DNA from: Methanothermus fervidus DSM 2088
Lineage (GTDB): Archaea > Methanobacteriota > Methanobacteria > DSM-2088 > Methanothermaceae
DNA length: 32,000 nucleotides
Direction of reading: 5' to 3'
Assembly (NCBI GenBank): GCA_000166095.1
Contig: CP002278.1
Span: 900,001-932,000, forward strand
Positions 9,378-17,624 of the stretch are shown here, in pieces (position 1 is the first letter of the stretch; every line of letters begins with the position of its first letter). A program made the translations under genes and the position numbers. The notes beneath the pieces were generated by a model, which made no database searches, was not told where the DNA came from, and saw nothing but the letters and a program-made list of their open reading frames with translations.

Positions 9378-9836
9378 TTATCCCTCCATGATTCTTAAGA
9401 GATAATTTAAATATTTTTCAGCCCCCTTGTTGGCAATTTTTTTAAGTTTAGAAATTTTTAATTTTTTCTTTTCCTTAAAACGTTTTTCATTTTTTACCTT
9501 GCAATAATATACAATAGTTCCATTTGTTGAACCTCTAAAAATTTTATTAATAGCTTCTTTTGATAAAAATAATATTTTTTCTCTCTTTTTTATATGATGA
9601 GGGTTTTTAATTTCCTTCTTTTTGTATGGGGGCCACCCAATTAATTTTCTGTAGAGGTAATTAACAACGCAAATATACATAATAACATTGAAGGTTATTA
9701 ATATGAAATATTTTGTTTCAAAACAATTCAAATAAATAATCCAAAAAATAAAACAGAGAACCCATCCCAAGATACCAAGAAAGAAATGTCCTAAATTCAT
9801 AAGATTATGTCTATTTTTGCTCCGCATTTTGGACAT
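9378..9836 (-). CDS. Small membrane protein, candidate partner of the adjacent glycosyltransferase
   Basis: 152 aa, two hydrophobic segments followed by a Lys-rich cytoplasmic-like tail; directly upstream of the GT2 gene in the same orientation. Confidence 0.6.
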   Translation of the reverse strand: MSKMRSKNRHNLMNLGHFFLGILGWVLCFIFWIIYLNCFETKYFILITFNVIMYICVVNYLYRKLIGWPPYKKKEIKNPHHIKKREKILFLSKEAINKIFRGSTNGTIVYYCKVKNEKRFKEKKKLKISKLKKIANKGAEKYLNYLLRIMEG

Positions 9837-10801
9837 GCTTTATCATCTAAGTTTATTTTACTTACTCCAAACCCTCTTCTCTCTATCAGTAATTCACCAC
9901 ACTCATAACAATACGTATTTTCAAATTCTGTTCCTGGAACATTTCCAATGTAGACATATCTCATTCCCATTTTTAATGCCATTTCCCTTGCTTTTACTAG
10001 AGTATCCACATAGGTAGGTGGTAAATCACTTAATTTATAATGTGGGAAAAACCTTGTAAAATGGAGTGGAGTATCAACTCCAACTTCTTCGACCATGAAT
10101 TCAATCAATTCCCTTATCATCTCTTTAGAATCGTTATATTTTGGTATTATTAAATTTGTAACTTCTATATGTACTCCTGCTTTTTTCCATCTAACTATAT
10201 TTTCAAGTACAGGGTCAACACTAGGAACTCCGCATATTTCTCTATAAAATTTGTCTGACATTGCTTTAAGATCAATATTTGCAGCATCAAGAAATGGTTT
10301 TATTTTTTTGAATGCCTCTTTACTCATATAGCCGTTAGTCACATAAACAGTTTTTATTCCATTCTCTTTAGCAATTTTTGCAGAATCTAACGTATATTCA
10401 AACCATATGGTTGGTTCATTGTATGTCCATGCTATCATCTTACAATTATAGTTTTTTGCTGCTTGTATTGCCTCTTCAGGAGATATCTCTTCAGTTGCCA
10501 CACTTTGCCATTCCTGAGATATTGTCCAATTTTGACAATGTTTACATCTGAAATTGCAGCCGACGGTTCCTAGAGAATACACATTTTCTCCTGGGTAAAA
10601 ATGGAATAGTGGCTTTTTTTCTATTGGATCAATTGCCACAGAAGAAACTGTAGAATAGATTAAGGTATAGAGTTTTCCATCTTTATTTTCTCTGGTACCA
10701 CAAAATCCTTTTTTATTTGGGGGAATAAGACATTTGCGCATGCATACATTACATCTAACTTTTTTATTAATTTTTTCATATAGGTAAGCTTCTTTAATCA
10801 T
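9797..10801 (-). CDS. amrS: AmmeMemoRadiSam-system radical SAM enzyme (AmrS-like)
   Basis: CNVCMRKCLIPPNKKGFCGTRENKDG; GCNFRCKHCQNW radical SAM motif; TPLHFTRFFPHYKLSDLPPTYVDTL; C-terminal zinc-ribbon CYECGE...CPKCGA. Confidence 0.85.
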   Translation of the reverse strand: MIKEAYLYEKINKKVRCNVCMRKCLIPPNKKGFCGTRENKDGKLYTLIYSTVSSVAIDPIEKKPLFHFYPGENVYSLGTVGCNFRCKHCQNWTISQEWQSVATEEISPEEAIQAAKNYNCKMIAWTYNEPTIWFEYTLDSAKIAKENGIKTVYVTNGYMSKEAFKKIKPFLDAANIDLKAMSDKFYREICGVPSVDPVLENIVRWKKAGVHIEVTNLIIPKYNDSKEMIRELIEFMVEEVGVDTPLHFTRFFPHYKLSDLPPTYVDTLVKAREMALKMGMRYVYIGNVPGTEFENTYCYECGELLIERRGFGVSKINLDDKACPKCGAKIDIIL

Positions 10802-10816
10802 TTTTAAACCTCAGTA

Positions 10817-11809
10817 TTAAAAGTGTTCATATCCTCTAGGTAATAACTCATCAATTTTTCCATTTTTTCTTACAATTTCCATTCTACCTGTATCTGTTAT
10901 TTCCCCAATTACATATATATTGAGAAGTTTTGATAATTTTTTTAATCCATTTTTCTTTATAATTACCAAAAGTTCAAAATCTTCACCATAATGAAGAGCA
11001 AAATCTATAGGATCTCTTTTTAAAAACTTTGCAACATCAATTACATAATCTGGAATTGGAATCTGAGATTCATATATCTTTATTCCGATCCCATCATTCA
11101 TTTTCAATATTTCTTGTAGTTCACTAGCTAATCCATCAGTTATGTCAGTTGCCGCCTTAACTAATCCAGATTTTGATAAGATTATCCCTTCTTTTAATCT
11201 TGCCAAGGGCATTAAAGCATGTCTAACAATCTTTGATATCGTTTTCCTGCCAAATTTATTATTAAAAAATGATAAGGGCTTGTTTGAAAGTAATATTTCT
11301 GTTCCAGCTGCAGATATTCCTAGTGGACCTGTCACCGTTATTAAATCACCTTTTTCTGCTCCAGTCTTTAATAAAACTTTATCTTTGTCAACCTTCCCTA
11401 TGGCTACACCAGATAATACTAATTTTGATGATTCATTTACATCGCCGCCAATTAATGAAGTACCATAGTATTTACATGCATTAATTATACCATCCACAAG
11501 ATCATCAAAATTCTTTAAATCAAGATCTGCAGGCATGCCTATAGACACTAAAAATCCTAGTGGATATGCACCCATAGCTGCCAAATCACTTATATTTGCT
11601 GTCACTGTTTTCCAACCTTTTTGATAAAAGGTCATCCCTGGTGGAAAGTGCTTATCTTCCAACAATAAATCAGTTGTAATAGCAAGATAACTATCTATAG
11701 CATCAATAAGTGATGCATCGTCTCCAAGTATCTGATCTTTTGAAATTTTCTTGATTTTATTTAAAATTCTATTTATAATATTTTTTTCACCCAAATCTTT
11801 GATTTTCAT
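10817..11809 (-). CDS. thiL: Thiamine-monophosphate kinase
   Basis: ILGDDASLIDAIDSYLAITTDLLLEDKHF, ANISDLAAMGAYPLG, LIGGDVNES, LHYGEDFELLVI. Confidence 0.9.
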   Translation of the reverse strand: MKIKDLGEKNIINRILNKIKKISKDQILGDDASLIDAIDSYLAITTDLLLEDKHFPPGMTFYQKGWKTVTANISDLAAMGAYPLGFLVSIGMPADLDLKNFDDLVDGIINACKYYGTSLIGGDVNESSKLVLSGVAIGKVDKDKVLLKTGAEKGDLITVTGPLGISAAGTEILLSNKPLSFFNNKFGRKTISKIVRHALMPLARLKEGIILSKSGLVKAATDITDGLASELQEILKMNDGIGIKIYESQIPIPDYVIDVAKFLKRDPIDFALHYGEDFELLVIIKKNGLKKLSKLLNIYVIGEITDTGRMEIVRKNGKIDELLPRGYEHF

Positions 11810-11904
11810 TTAAATTGTAAATTGTAAGAAGAAAAATAAAAAATTATTTATATAATTTTAAAAATACTACATCACCTATAACGTAATATTTTGGAGGAAT
11901 TTTT

Positions 11905-12303
11905 GTGAGTGAAATTACTAGAACATGGCGTCATATCCCACAAAGGTATAATCTAATTGGTTCAAAATGTAAAAATTGCGGATCTGTTTTTTTCCCAAAA
12001 CGCATAATATGTCCAAACTGCAGAAGAAAAGGAAAAATAGAGGATTTTAAATTTAGTGGACATGGAAAAATATATACTTATTCTGTTGTACATGCTGCAC
12101 CTGAAGAATTTAAAGAAAACAGCCCATATATTGTTGCTATTGTGGAATTAGATGAAGGTGCCAAAGTTACAGCACAAATAGTTGATTGCAAGCCAGAAGA
12201 CATAAAAATTGGAGACGAAGTAGAAATGGTCTTTAGAAAAATTAGAGAAGAAGGAGAAGATGGGGTGATTACATATGGCTTCAAATTTAGACCAAAAAAA
12301 TGA
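11905..12303 (+). CDS. DUF35/OB-fold protein with N-terminal zinc ribbon (acyl-CoA-associated)
   Basis: TWRHIPQRYNLIGSKCKNCGSVFFPKRIICPNC, TYSVVHAAPEEFKENSPYIVAIVELDEGAKVTAQI; GTG start. Confidence 0.85.
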   Translation: MSEITRTWRHIPQRYNLIGSKCKNCGSVFFPKRIICPNCRRKGKIEDFKFSGHGKIYTYSVVHAAPEEFKENSPYIVAIVELDEGAKVTAQIVDCKPEDIKIGDEVEMVFRKIREEGEDGVITYGFKFRPKK

Positions 12304-12715
12304 TATAGCGGTTTTGCTTGTAGGCCATGGTAGTAGATTGCCGTATAGTAAGGAAGTAATAATGAAATTAGCTGAAATGTATAAAGAAAGGACGGACCAT
12401 CTAGTTGATGTTGCATTTATGGAATTGGCAAAACCATCGATACCTGAAACTGTAAATAAGCTTGCTAAAAAAGGTGTAAGAAAAATAATAGTTATACCTG
12501 TTTTTTTAGCGCATGGTGTTCATACTAAACATGATATTCCTCATATTCTTGGGCTAAAAGATGACCATGAACACAGTCATGGGCATCAACATGAACATGA
12601 AACTGTAGATTTTGATGGAGAAATCATATATACGGAACCTCTTGGTGCAGACCCAAGGATAGTTGAAATTATTGAAGAAAGAGTGGAAGACGCAATTAAA
12701 CAACAAAATTCATAA
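12275..12715 (+). CDS. cfbA: Sirohydrochlorin cobalto/nickelochelatase (CbiX-S/CfbA)
   Basis: VLLVGHGSRLPYSKEV, FMELAKPSIPE, IPVFLAHGVHTKHDIP, DPRIVEIIEERVEDAI; ATG preceded by GGGGTGAT. Confidence 0.9.
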   Translation: MASNLDQKNDIAVLLVGHGSRLPYSKEVIMKLAEMYKERTDHLVDVAFMELAKPSIPETVNKLAKKGVRKIIVIPVFLAHGVHTKHDIPHILGLKDDHEHSHGHQHEHETVDFDGEIIYTEPLGADPRIVEIIEERVEDAIKQQNS

Positions 12716-12807
12716 TTTTTTTATTTCCTAAAATTTTTTAAACTTTTTTGCTAGTTCTAATAAATATAATTTTTAGCGATTAAACAATTAGCCTTAGGTT
12801 AGATAAC

Positions 12808-13542
12808 ATGCTAACACTTATTGATGAAAGAAATAAAAAATATGTGGTAGATGGTAAAAAAGATTTTCATACTGATTTGGGAGTTATTAAGGCTGAAGAT
12901 ATCCAAAATTCAAAACCAGGAAGTATCATCAAAACACATTTAGGCCATGAAATGAAAGTCATTAAAGCCAATGTAAATGATTATATAGATGTAATGGAAA
13001 GAAGATGTACAATAATTTTACCAAAAGATATTGGAATTGTAATAACTTATACAGGTATTGGATGTGGCGATAAAGTTGTAGAGGCGGGTACTGGAGCAGG
13101 AGCAACTACTTTACGTTTTTCTAGAGTGCTTGGAAATGAGGGAAAAATATACACCTATGAAAAACGTAAGGAATTTTATGAAATCGCTAAAAGAAACATA
13201 GAAAAATTTGGTGTGAAGAACGTAGTTATGAGATATAGAGATATAAGGGATGGAATTATTGAAAGTGATGTAGATTTAGTTTTTTTAGACATGCCAGATC
13301 CATGGAACGTTGTTGAACATGCATATGAGGCTTTAAAATATGGTGGATGGTTTGTTTCATACAGTCCTTATGTTGAACAAATGAAAAAAACAAGAAAAAA
13401 ATGTGAAGAATTTAACTTTAGTGAAATTTTCACTTATGAATGCTTGTTAAGGGAAATGGAAATTAAAAATGATGCTGTGAGGCCCAAAACACGTATGATA
13501 GGACATACAGCATATATAACATTTGCAAGAAAAGTACCATAA
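12808..13542 (+). CDS. trmI: tRNA (adenine-N1)-methyltransferase, TrmI type
   Basis: YTGIGCGDKVVEAGTGAGATTLRFSRVLGNEGKIYTYEKR, DLVFLDMPDPWNVVEHA; typical archaeal m1A57/58 methyltransferase. Confidence 0.85.
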   Translation: MLTLIDERNKKYVVDGKKDFHTDLGVIKAEDIQNSKPGSIIKTHLGHEMKVIKANVNDYIDVMERRCTIILPKDIGIVITYTGIGCGDKVVEAGTGAGATTLRFSRVLGNEGKIYTYEKRKEFYEIAKRNIEKFGVKNVVMRYRDIRDGIIESDVDLVFLDMPDPWNVVEHAYEALKYGGWFVSYSPYVEQMKKTRKKCEEFNFSEIFTYECLLREMEIKNDAVRPKTRMIGHTAYITFARKVP

Positions 13543-13656
13543 CCAATTCATTCTACTTCTGGTTAGTAAGAAATATTAATCATCTCAACAAATATAAGGA
13601 AAATAATTCTGACAGGAAACCATTTAAAAAAATAATTCTGATCAATTTTTTAGGAG

Positions 13657-14838
13657 ATGAGAGAATTGAAATTTTTTGTAAGCCCTTTCAATAAAAAAGT
13701 AAAATTAAAATTTCCAGATAGAATTATAATATATGACACAACATTGAGAGACGGCGAACAAACGCCAGGAGTTTGTTTAAACCTCAATGAAAAATTAGAA
13801 ATTTCAAAAAAATTGGATGAATTAGGAGTTGACCAAATAGAAGTTGGATTTCCAGTAGTTTCTGAAAAAGAAAAAGAATCTGTTAAAACAATAGCAAATG
13901 AAGGTTTAAATGCTGAAATATTAGCATTATCACGTGCAAAAAAAGAAGATATTGATACTGCTGTTTCATGTGATGTTGATGGAGTGATCATATTTCTAGC
14001 TACATCTGATCTGCATCTTAAATATAAATTACATATGACTCAACAGCAAATTTTGGATATGTGTTTAGATTCTATAGAATATGCAAAAGATCATGGCATA
14101 TTTGTAGCATTTTCAGCTGAAGATGCTACTAGAACTAATTTAAGTTTCTTAAAAAATGTTTATAAAAAAGCTGAAGAATATGGGGCAAATAGAGTTCATA
14201 TAGCAGACACTGTAGGTGCAATACATCCACAAGCAATGTTTTTCCTTGTTAAAAATATTAGAGATGAAATAAATATTGACATTGGATTGCATTGCCACAA
14301 TGATTTTGGATTAGCTCTAGCAAATTCTATTTCAGGTTTATTAGCTGGTGGAAATGCGGTTTCCACTACTGTAAATGGCATTGGAGAAAGGGCTGGTAAC
14401 ACCCCTTTAGAGGAACTTATAATGGCTTTAAAAATTCTTTATGGAATTGATTTAAAATTAAATATTGAAGTTCTCTATGAACTTTCAGAGATTGTAGAAA
14501 AATATACTTCTGTAAAGAAAGCTGTTAATAAACCTATAGTAGGTAAAAATGTCTTTAGACATGAATCTGGAATTCATGTGGATGCCGTAATAGAAGAACC
14601 TTTAACTTATGAACCATTTCTTCCAGAGTTGGTAGGAAGGAAAAGAAAAATAATACTTGGTAAACATTCTGGAAGTAGAGCAATTAAAGCTAAATTAGAT
14701 GAGTATGGAATCAAAGTTACAAAAGATGAGCTTTGTAAAATTGTGGAAAAGGTAAAAGAAAAAAGAGAAGAAGGTGTATATATCACTGATGATGTATTTT
14801 GTAAAATTGTAAAGGAAGTTAAAAAAGAAAATGATTAA
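13657..14838 (+). CDS. aksA: Homocitrate synthase family (AksA, coenzyme B pathway)
   Basis: IIYDTTLRDGEQTPGVCLN, LGVDQIEVGFPVVSEKE, HCHNDFGLALANS, ESGIHVDAVIEEPLTYEPFLPE. Confidence 0.8.
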   Translation: MRELKFFVSPFNKKVKLKFPDRIIIYDTTLRDGEQTPGVCLNLNEKLEISKKLDELGVDQIEVGFPVVSEKEKESVKTIANEGLNAEILALSRAKKEDIDTAVSCDVDGVIIFLATSDLHLKYKLHMTQQQILDMCLDSIEYAKDHGIFVAFSAEDATRTNLSFLKNVYKKAEEYGANRVHIADTVGAIHPQAMFFLVKNIRDEINIDIGLHCHNDFGLALANSISGLLAGGNAVSTTVNGIGERAGNTPLEELIMALKILYGIDLKLNIEVLYELSEIVEKYTSVKKAVNKPIVGKNVFRHESGIHVDAVIEEPLTYEPFLPELVGRKRKIILGKHSGSRAIKAKLDEYGIKVTKDELCKIVEKVKEKREEGVYITDDVFCKIVKEVKKEND

Positions 14839-14850
14839 AAGGGATATGTT

Positions 14851-16089
14851 ATGAATCTAACAGAAAAGATATTGGCAAAGGCTGCAAACAAAAAAGAAGT
14901 CTCACCAGGTGAAATTATCAAAGTAAATGTTGACTTGGCAATGACTCATGATGGGACAACGCCACCAACCATAAAAAGTTTTAAAAAAATCTCAAATAAA
15001 GTTTGGGATCCTGATCGTATAGTAATTGTATATGATCATAATGTACCTCCTAATAATATAGGTGCAGCTGAATTTCAAAAAGTTACACAGAACTTTGTAA
15101 AAGAACAAGGTATAAAAAATTTTTATAATCATGGAGAAGGTATTTGCCACCAAGTTTTACCAGAAAAAGGGTTTGTTTTTCCTGGAATGGTTATAATTGG
15201 TGCAGATTCTCACACATGTACTTATGGAGCATTTGGTGCATTTTCAACAGGAGTTGGTGCCACAGACATGGCAGTAATATTTGCAACAGGAAAAACATGG
15301 CTTTTAGTACCTGAATCTTATTTAATTGAAATTAATGGTTCTCTAAATAAATATGTTACTGCAAAAGATGTTATATTAAAAATAATTGGAAAAATCAAGG
15401 CAAAAGGTGCTGTATATAAATCTATAGAATTTAAAGGAGAAACAATCTACAAAATGAATGTCTCTGGTAGAATGACTATGTGCAATATGGTTGTTGAAAT
15501 GGGTGCAAAAAATGGCATAATGGTGCCAAATAAAAAAACTATAAAATATTTAAGGAAATTTAAAAAATCTTTTCGCATATATAAACCAGATAAGGATGCT
15601 GAATATGAAAAAGAATTTTACTTTGATGTTTCAAATATGGGACCACAAGTCGCATGTCCACATAACGTAGATAACGTAAAACCTGTATATAAAGTAGAAG
15701 GAAAACATATAGATCAGGCTTTTTTAGGTTCTTGTACAAATGGTCGTATTGAAGATCTGAGGATTGCAGCAGAAATTTTAAAAGATGGTAAAATACATGA
15801 AGACGTAAGAATGATAGTAGTACCTGCATCAAAGGATGTTTACATGAAAGCTGTTAAAGAAGGAATAATTGAAACATTCATAAAAGCAGGTGCTATAGTT
15901 TGCAATCCAGGATGTGGCCCATGTTTAGGGGCACATATGGGTGTATTAGGACCAAAAGAAGTTTGTATATCAACCAGTAATCGTAATTTTAAAGGAAGGA
16001 TGGGAGATCCAACATCAAAAATATATTTAGCAAATCCTGCAGTTGTTGCTAAATCTGCAATGGAAGGTGTAATTACATCTCCTGAGTGA
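14851..16089 (+). CDS. hacA: Homoaconitase / 3-isopropylmalate dehydratase large subunit family (HacA/AksD/LeuC)
   Basis: Aconitase-family motifs: MTHDGTTPPTIKSF, GADSHTCTYGAFGAFSTGVGATDMA, FLGSCTNGRIEDL, CNPGCGPCLGAHMGVL, STSNRNFKGRMG. Confidence 0.85.
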   Translation: MNLTEKILAKAANKKEVSPGEIIKVNVDLAMTHDGTTPPTIKSFKKISNKVWDPDRIVIVYDHNVPPNNIGAAEFQKVTQNFVKEQGIKNFYNHGEGICHQVLPEKGFVFPGMVIIGADSHTCTYGAFGAFSTGVGATDMAVIFATGKTWLLVPESYLIEINGSLNKYVTAKDVILKIIGKIKAKGAVYKSIEFKGETIYKMNVSGRMTMCNMVVEMGAKNGIMVPNKKTIKYLRKFKKSFRIYKPDKDAEYEKEFYFDVSNMGPQVACPHNVDNVKPVYKVEGKHIDQAFLGSCTNGRIEDLRIAAEILKDGKIHEDVRMIVVPASKDVYMKAVKEGIIETFIKAGAIVCNPGCGPCLGAHMGVLGPKEVCISTSNRNFKGRMGDPTSKIYLANPAVVAKSAMEGVITSPE

Positions 16090-16619
16090 AAAACATGATT
16101 AAAAGCATTAAAAAAATTGAAAAAGATGTAGGGCCTCTTTCAGATGTTCAAAAAATATTGTTGACGACAGATGGTTCAGTTACGAGAATTTTAGAGGCAC
16201 TTGGTTATGATGTAAATATAAAGGCTATAAAGCAAGAAATTGTATCAGCAGATAAAAAACTCTCAAAAGAGTTGAATATTTCTTTAGGAGAACCTGTTAA
16301 TCATAGAGTTGTGATAATAGAAAGTAAAATACCACTTATTTATGCTGTGTCATACATGCCAATCAAAAGATTAAATAAGAATTTTAAATTTAAGAGAGAC
16401 GTAATGAATGCAAATATCCCAATAGGAAAAATCCTAAAGAAACATCATATAGAATCCAGGCGTGAGATTGAATATATTGGTGTTGAAAAACCAAATGACT
16501 CTATTAAAAATATTTTTAATACCAATGAATTGATATTGGCAAGAACATACAACATAATTCATAGAGGTGAGATACTAATAAGGATAAATGAAAAGTTTCC
16601 TATAACATGGTTTAAGTAG
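16086..16619 (+). CDS. DUF98 / archaeal chorismate lyase-like protein (methanopterin 4-hydroxybenzoate synthesis)
   Basis: QKILLTTDGSVTRILEALGYDVNIK, NHRVVIIESKIPLIYAVSYMP, IPIGKILKKHHIESRREI, LARTYNIIHRGEILIRINEKFP. Confidence 0.75.
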   Translation: MKNMIKSIKKIEKDVGPLSDVQKILLTTDGSVTRILEALGYDVNIKAIKQEIVSADKKLSKELNISLGEPVNHRVVIIESKIPLIYAVSYMPIKRLNKNFKFKRDVMNANIPIGKILKKHHIESRREIEYIGVEKPNDSIKNIFNTNELILARTYNIIHRGEILIRINEKFPITWFK

Positions 16620-16640
16620 GTTCATTATGGATGGTCTAAT

Positions 16641-17624
16641 ATGGGTGTAAATTTAAGGGATATTATATTTTTTGAAAAATTAGAATTAAAGGATCTTGAA
16701 GGCTTAACAATTGCCATAGATGCATCCAATTGGATATATCAGTTTTTATCAAGCATTAGACAAAGAGATGGCACTCCATTAATGGATAGGAAAGGTAGAG
16801 TCACTTCACATCTTGTTGGTATACTTCATCGTACTTCAGCACTAGTTGAAAATAACATTAAACCTGTGTATGTTTTTGATGGAAAATCTTTAGCATTGAA
16901 AAGTGAGACAATATCTGAGAGAACAAGAATGAGATTGGAAGCAGAAAAACGTTGGAAAGAAGCTCTCAAGAAGAAAGATTTAGAAAAAGCTAGAAAATAT
17001 GCTTCAAGAGCTAGTAGGATATCAAAAGAAATAATAGAATCTTCAAAAGAATTACTGGATGCAATGGGAATACCTTATATTCAGGCTCCAAATGAAGGTG
17101 AGGCACAAGCAGTATATCTTGTAAAGAATGGAGATGCATGGGCAGTAGCATCTCAAGACTATGATTGTTTATTATTTGGTGCACCAAGAGTAATTAGAAA
17201 TTTAGCAATAAGTTCAGATATAAATTTGGAGTTATTGGAATTAGATAAAATTTTAAAAAAATTAGGAATTAGTCGAGAACAGCTCATAGATATTGCATTG
17301 TTGGTAGGTACAGATTTTAATCCAGGTGTTAAAGGAATTGGTGCTAAAAGAGGATTGGAGTTAATTAAAAAATTTGGAGATATATATACTGTAATAAAAA
17401 GGATGAATCTTGAGGTTGATTTTGATCCAGAGGTTCTTAGGAATATTTTTCTAAAACCTAAAGTAAAAAAGAAGTATAAAATTGTTTGGAAGAGACCAGA
17501 TAAAGAAAAAATGATTAAGTTTCTTTGCGATGAACATGACTTTTCAAAAGAAAGAGTTTTAAATGTATTTAAAAAATTAAAAAAAGTTGATTTTACGCAG
17601 AGGAGACTGGAAGAATGGTTTTAG
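16641..17624 (+). CDS. fen: Flap endonuclease 1
   Basis: IAIDASNWIYQFLSSIRQRDGTPLMD, YVFDGKSLALKSET, IPYIQAPNEGEAQAVYL, SQDYDCLLFGAPR, LVGTDFNPGVKGIGAKRG; C-terminal TQRRLEEWF, a PCNA-interacting PIP box. Confidence 0.95.
   Translation: MGVNLRDIIFFEKLELKDLEGLTIAIDASNWIYQFLSSIRQRDGTPLMDRKGRVTSHLVGILHRTSALVENNIKPVYVFDGKSLALKSETISERTRMRLEAEKRWKEALKKKDLEKARKYASRASRISKEIIESSKELLDAMGIPYIQAPNEGEAQAVYLVKNGDAWAVASQDYDCLLFGAPRVIRNLAISSDINLELLELDKILKKLGISREQLIDIALLVGTDFNPGVKGIGAKRGLELIKKFGDIYTVIKRMNLEVDFDPEVLRNIFLKPKVKKKYKIVWKRPDKEKMIKFLCDEHDFSKERVLNVFKKLKKVDFTQRRLEEWF

Noticed and set aside
12530-12610. Repeated CATGAACAC/CATGGGCATCAACATGAACATG tract as a possible DNA repeat element
   Set aside because: It encodes the His-rich loop HEHSHGHQHEHE within the CfbA-like gene, so a coding explanation suffices.
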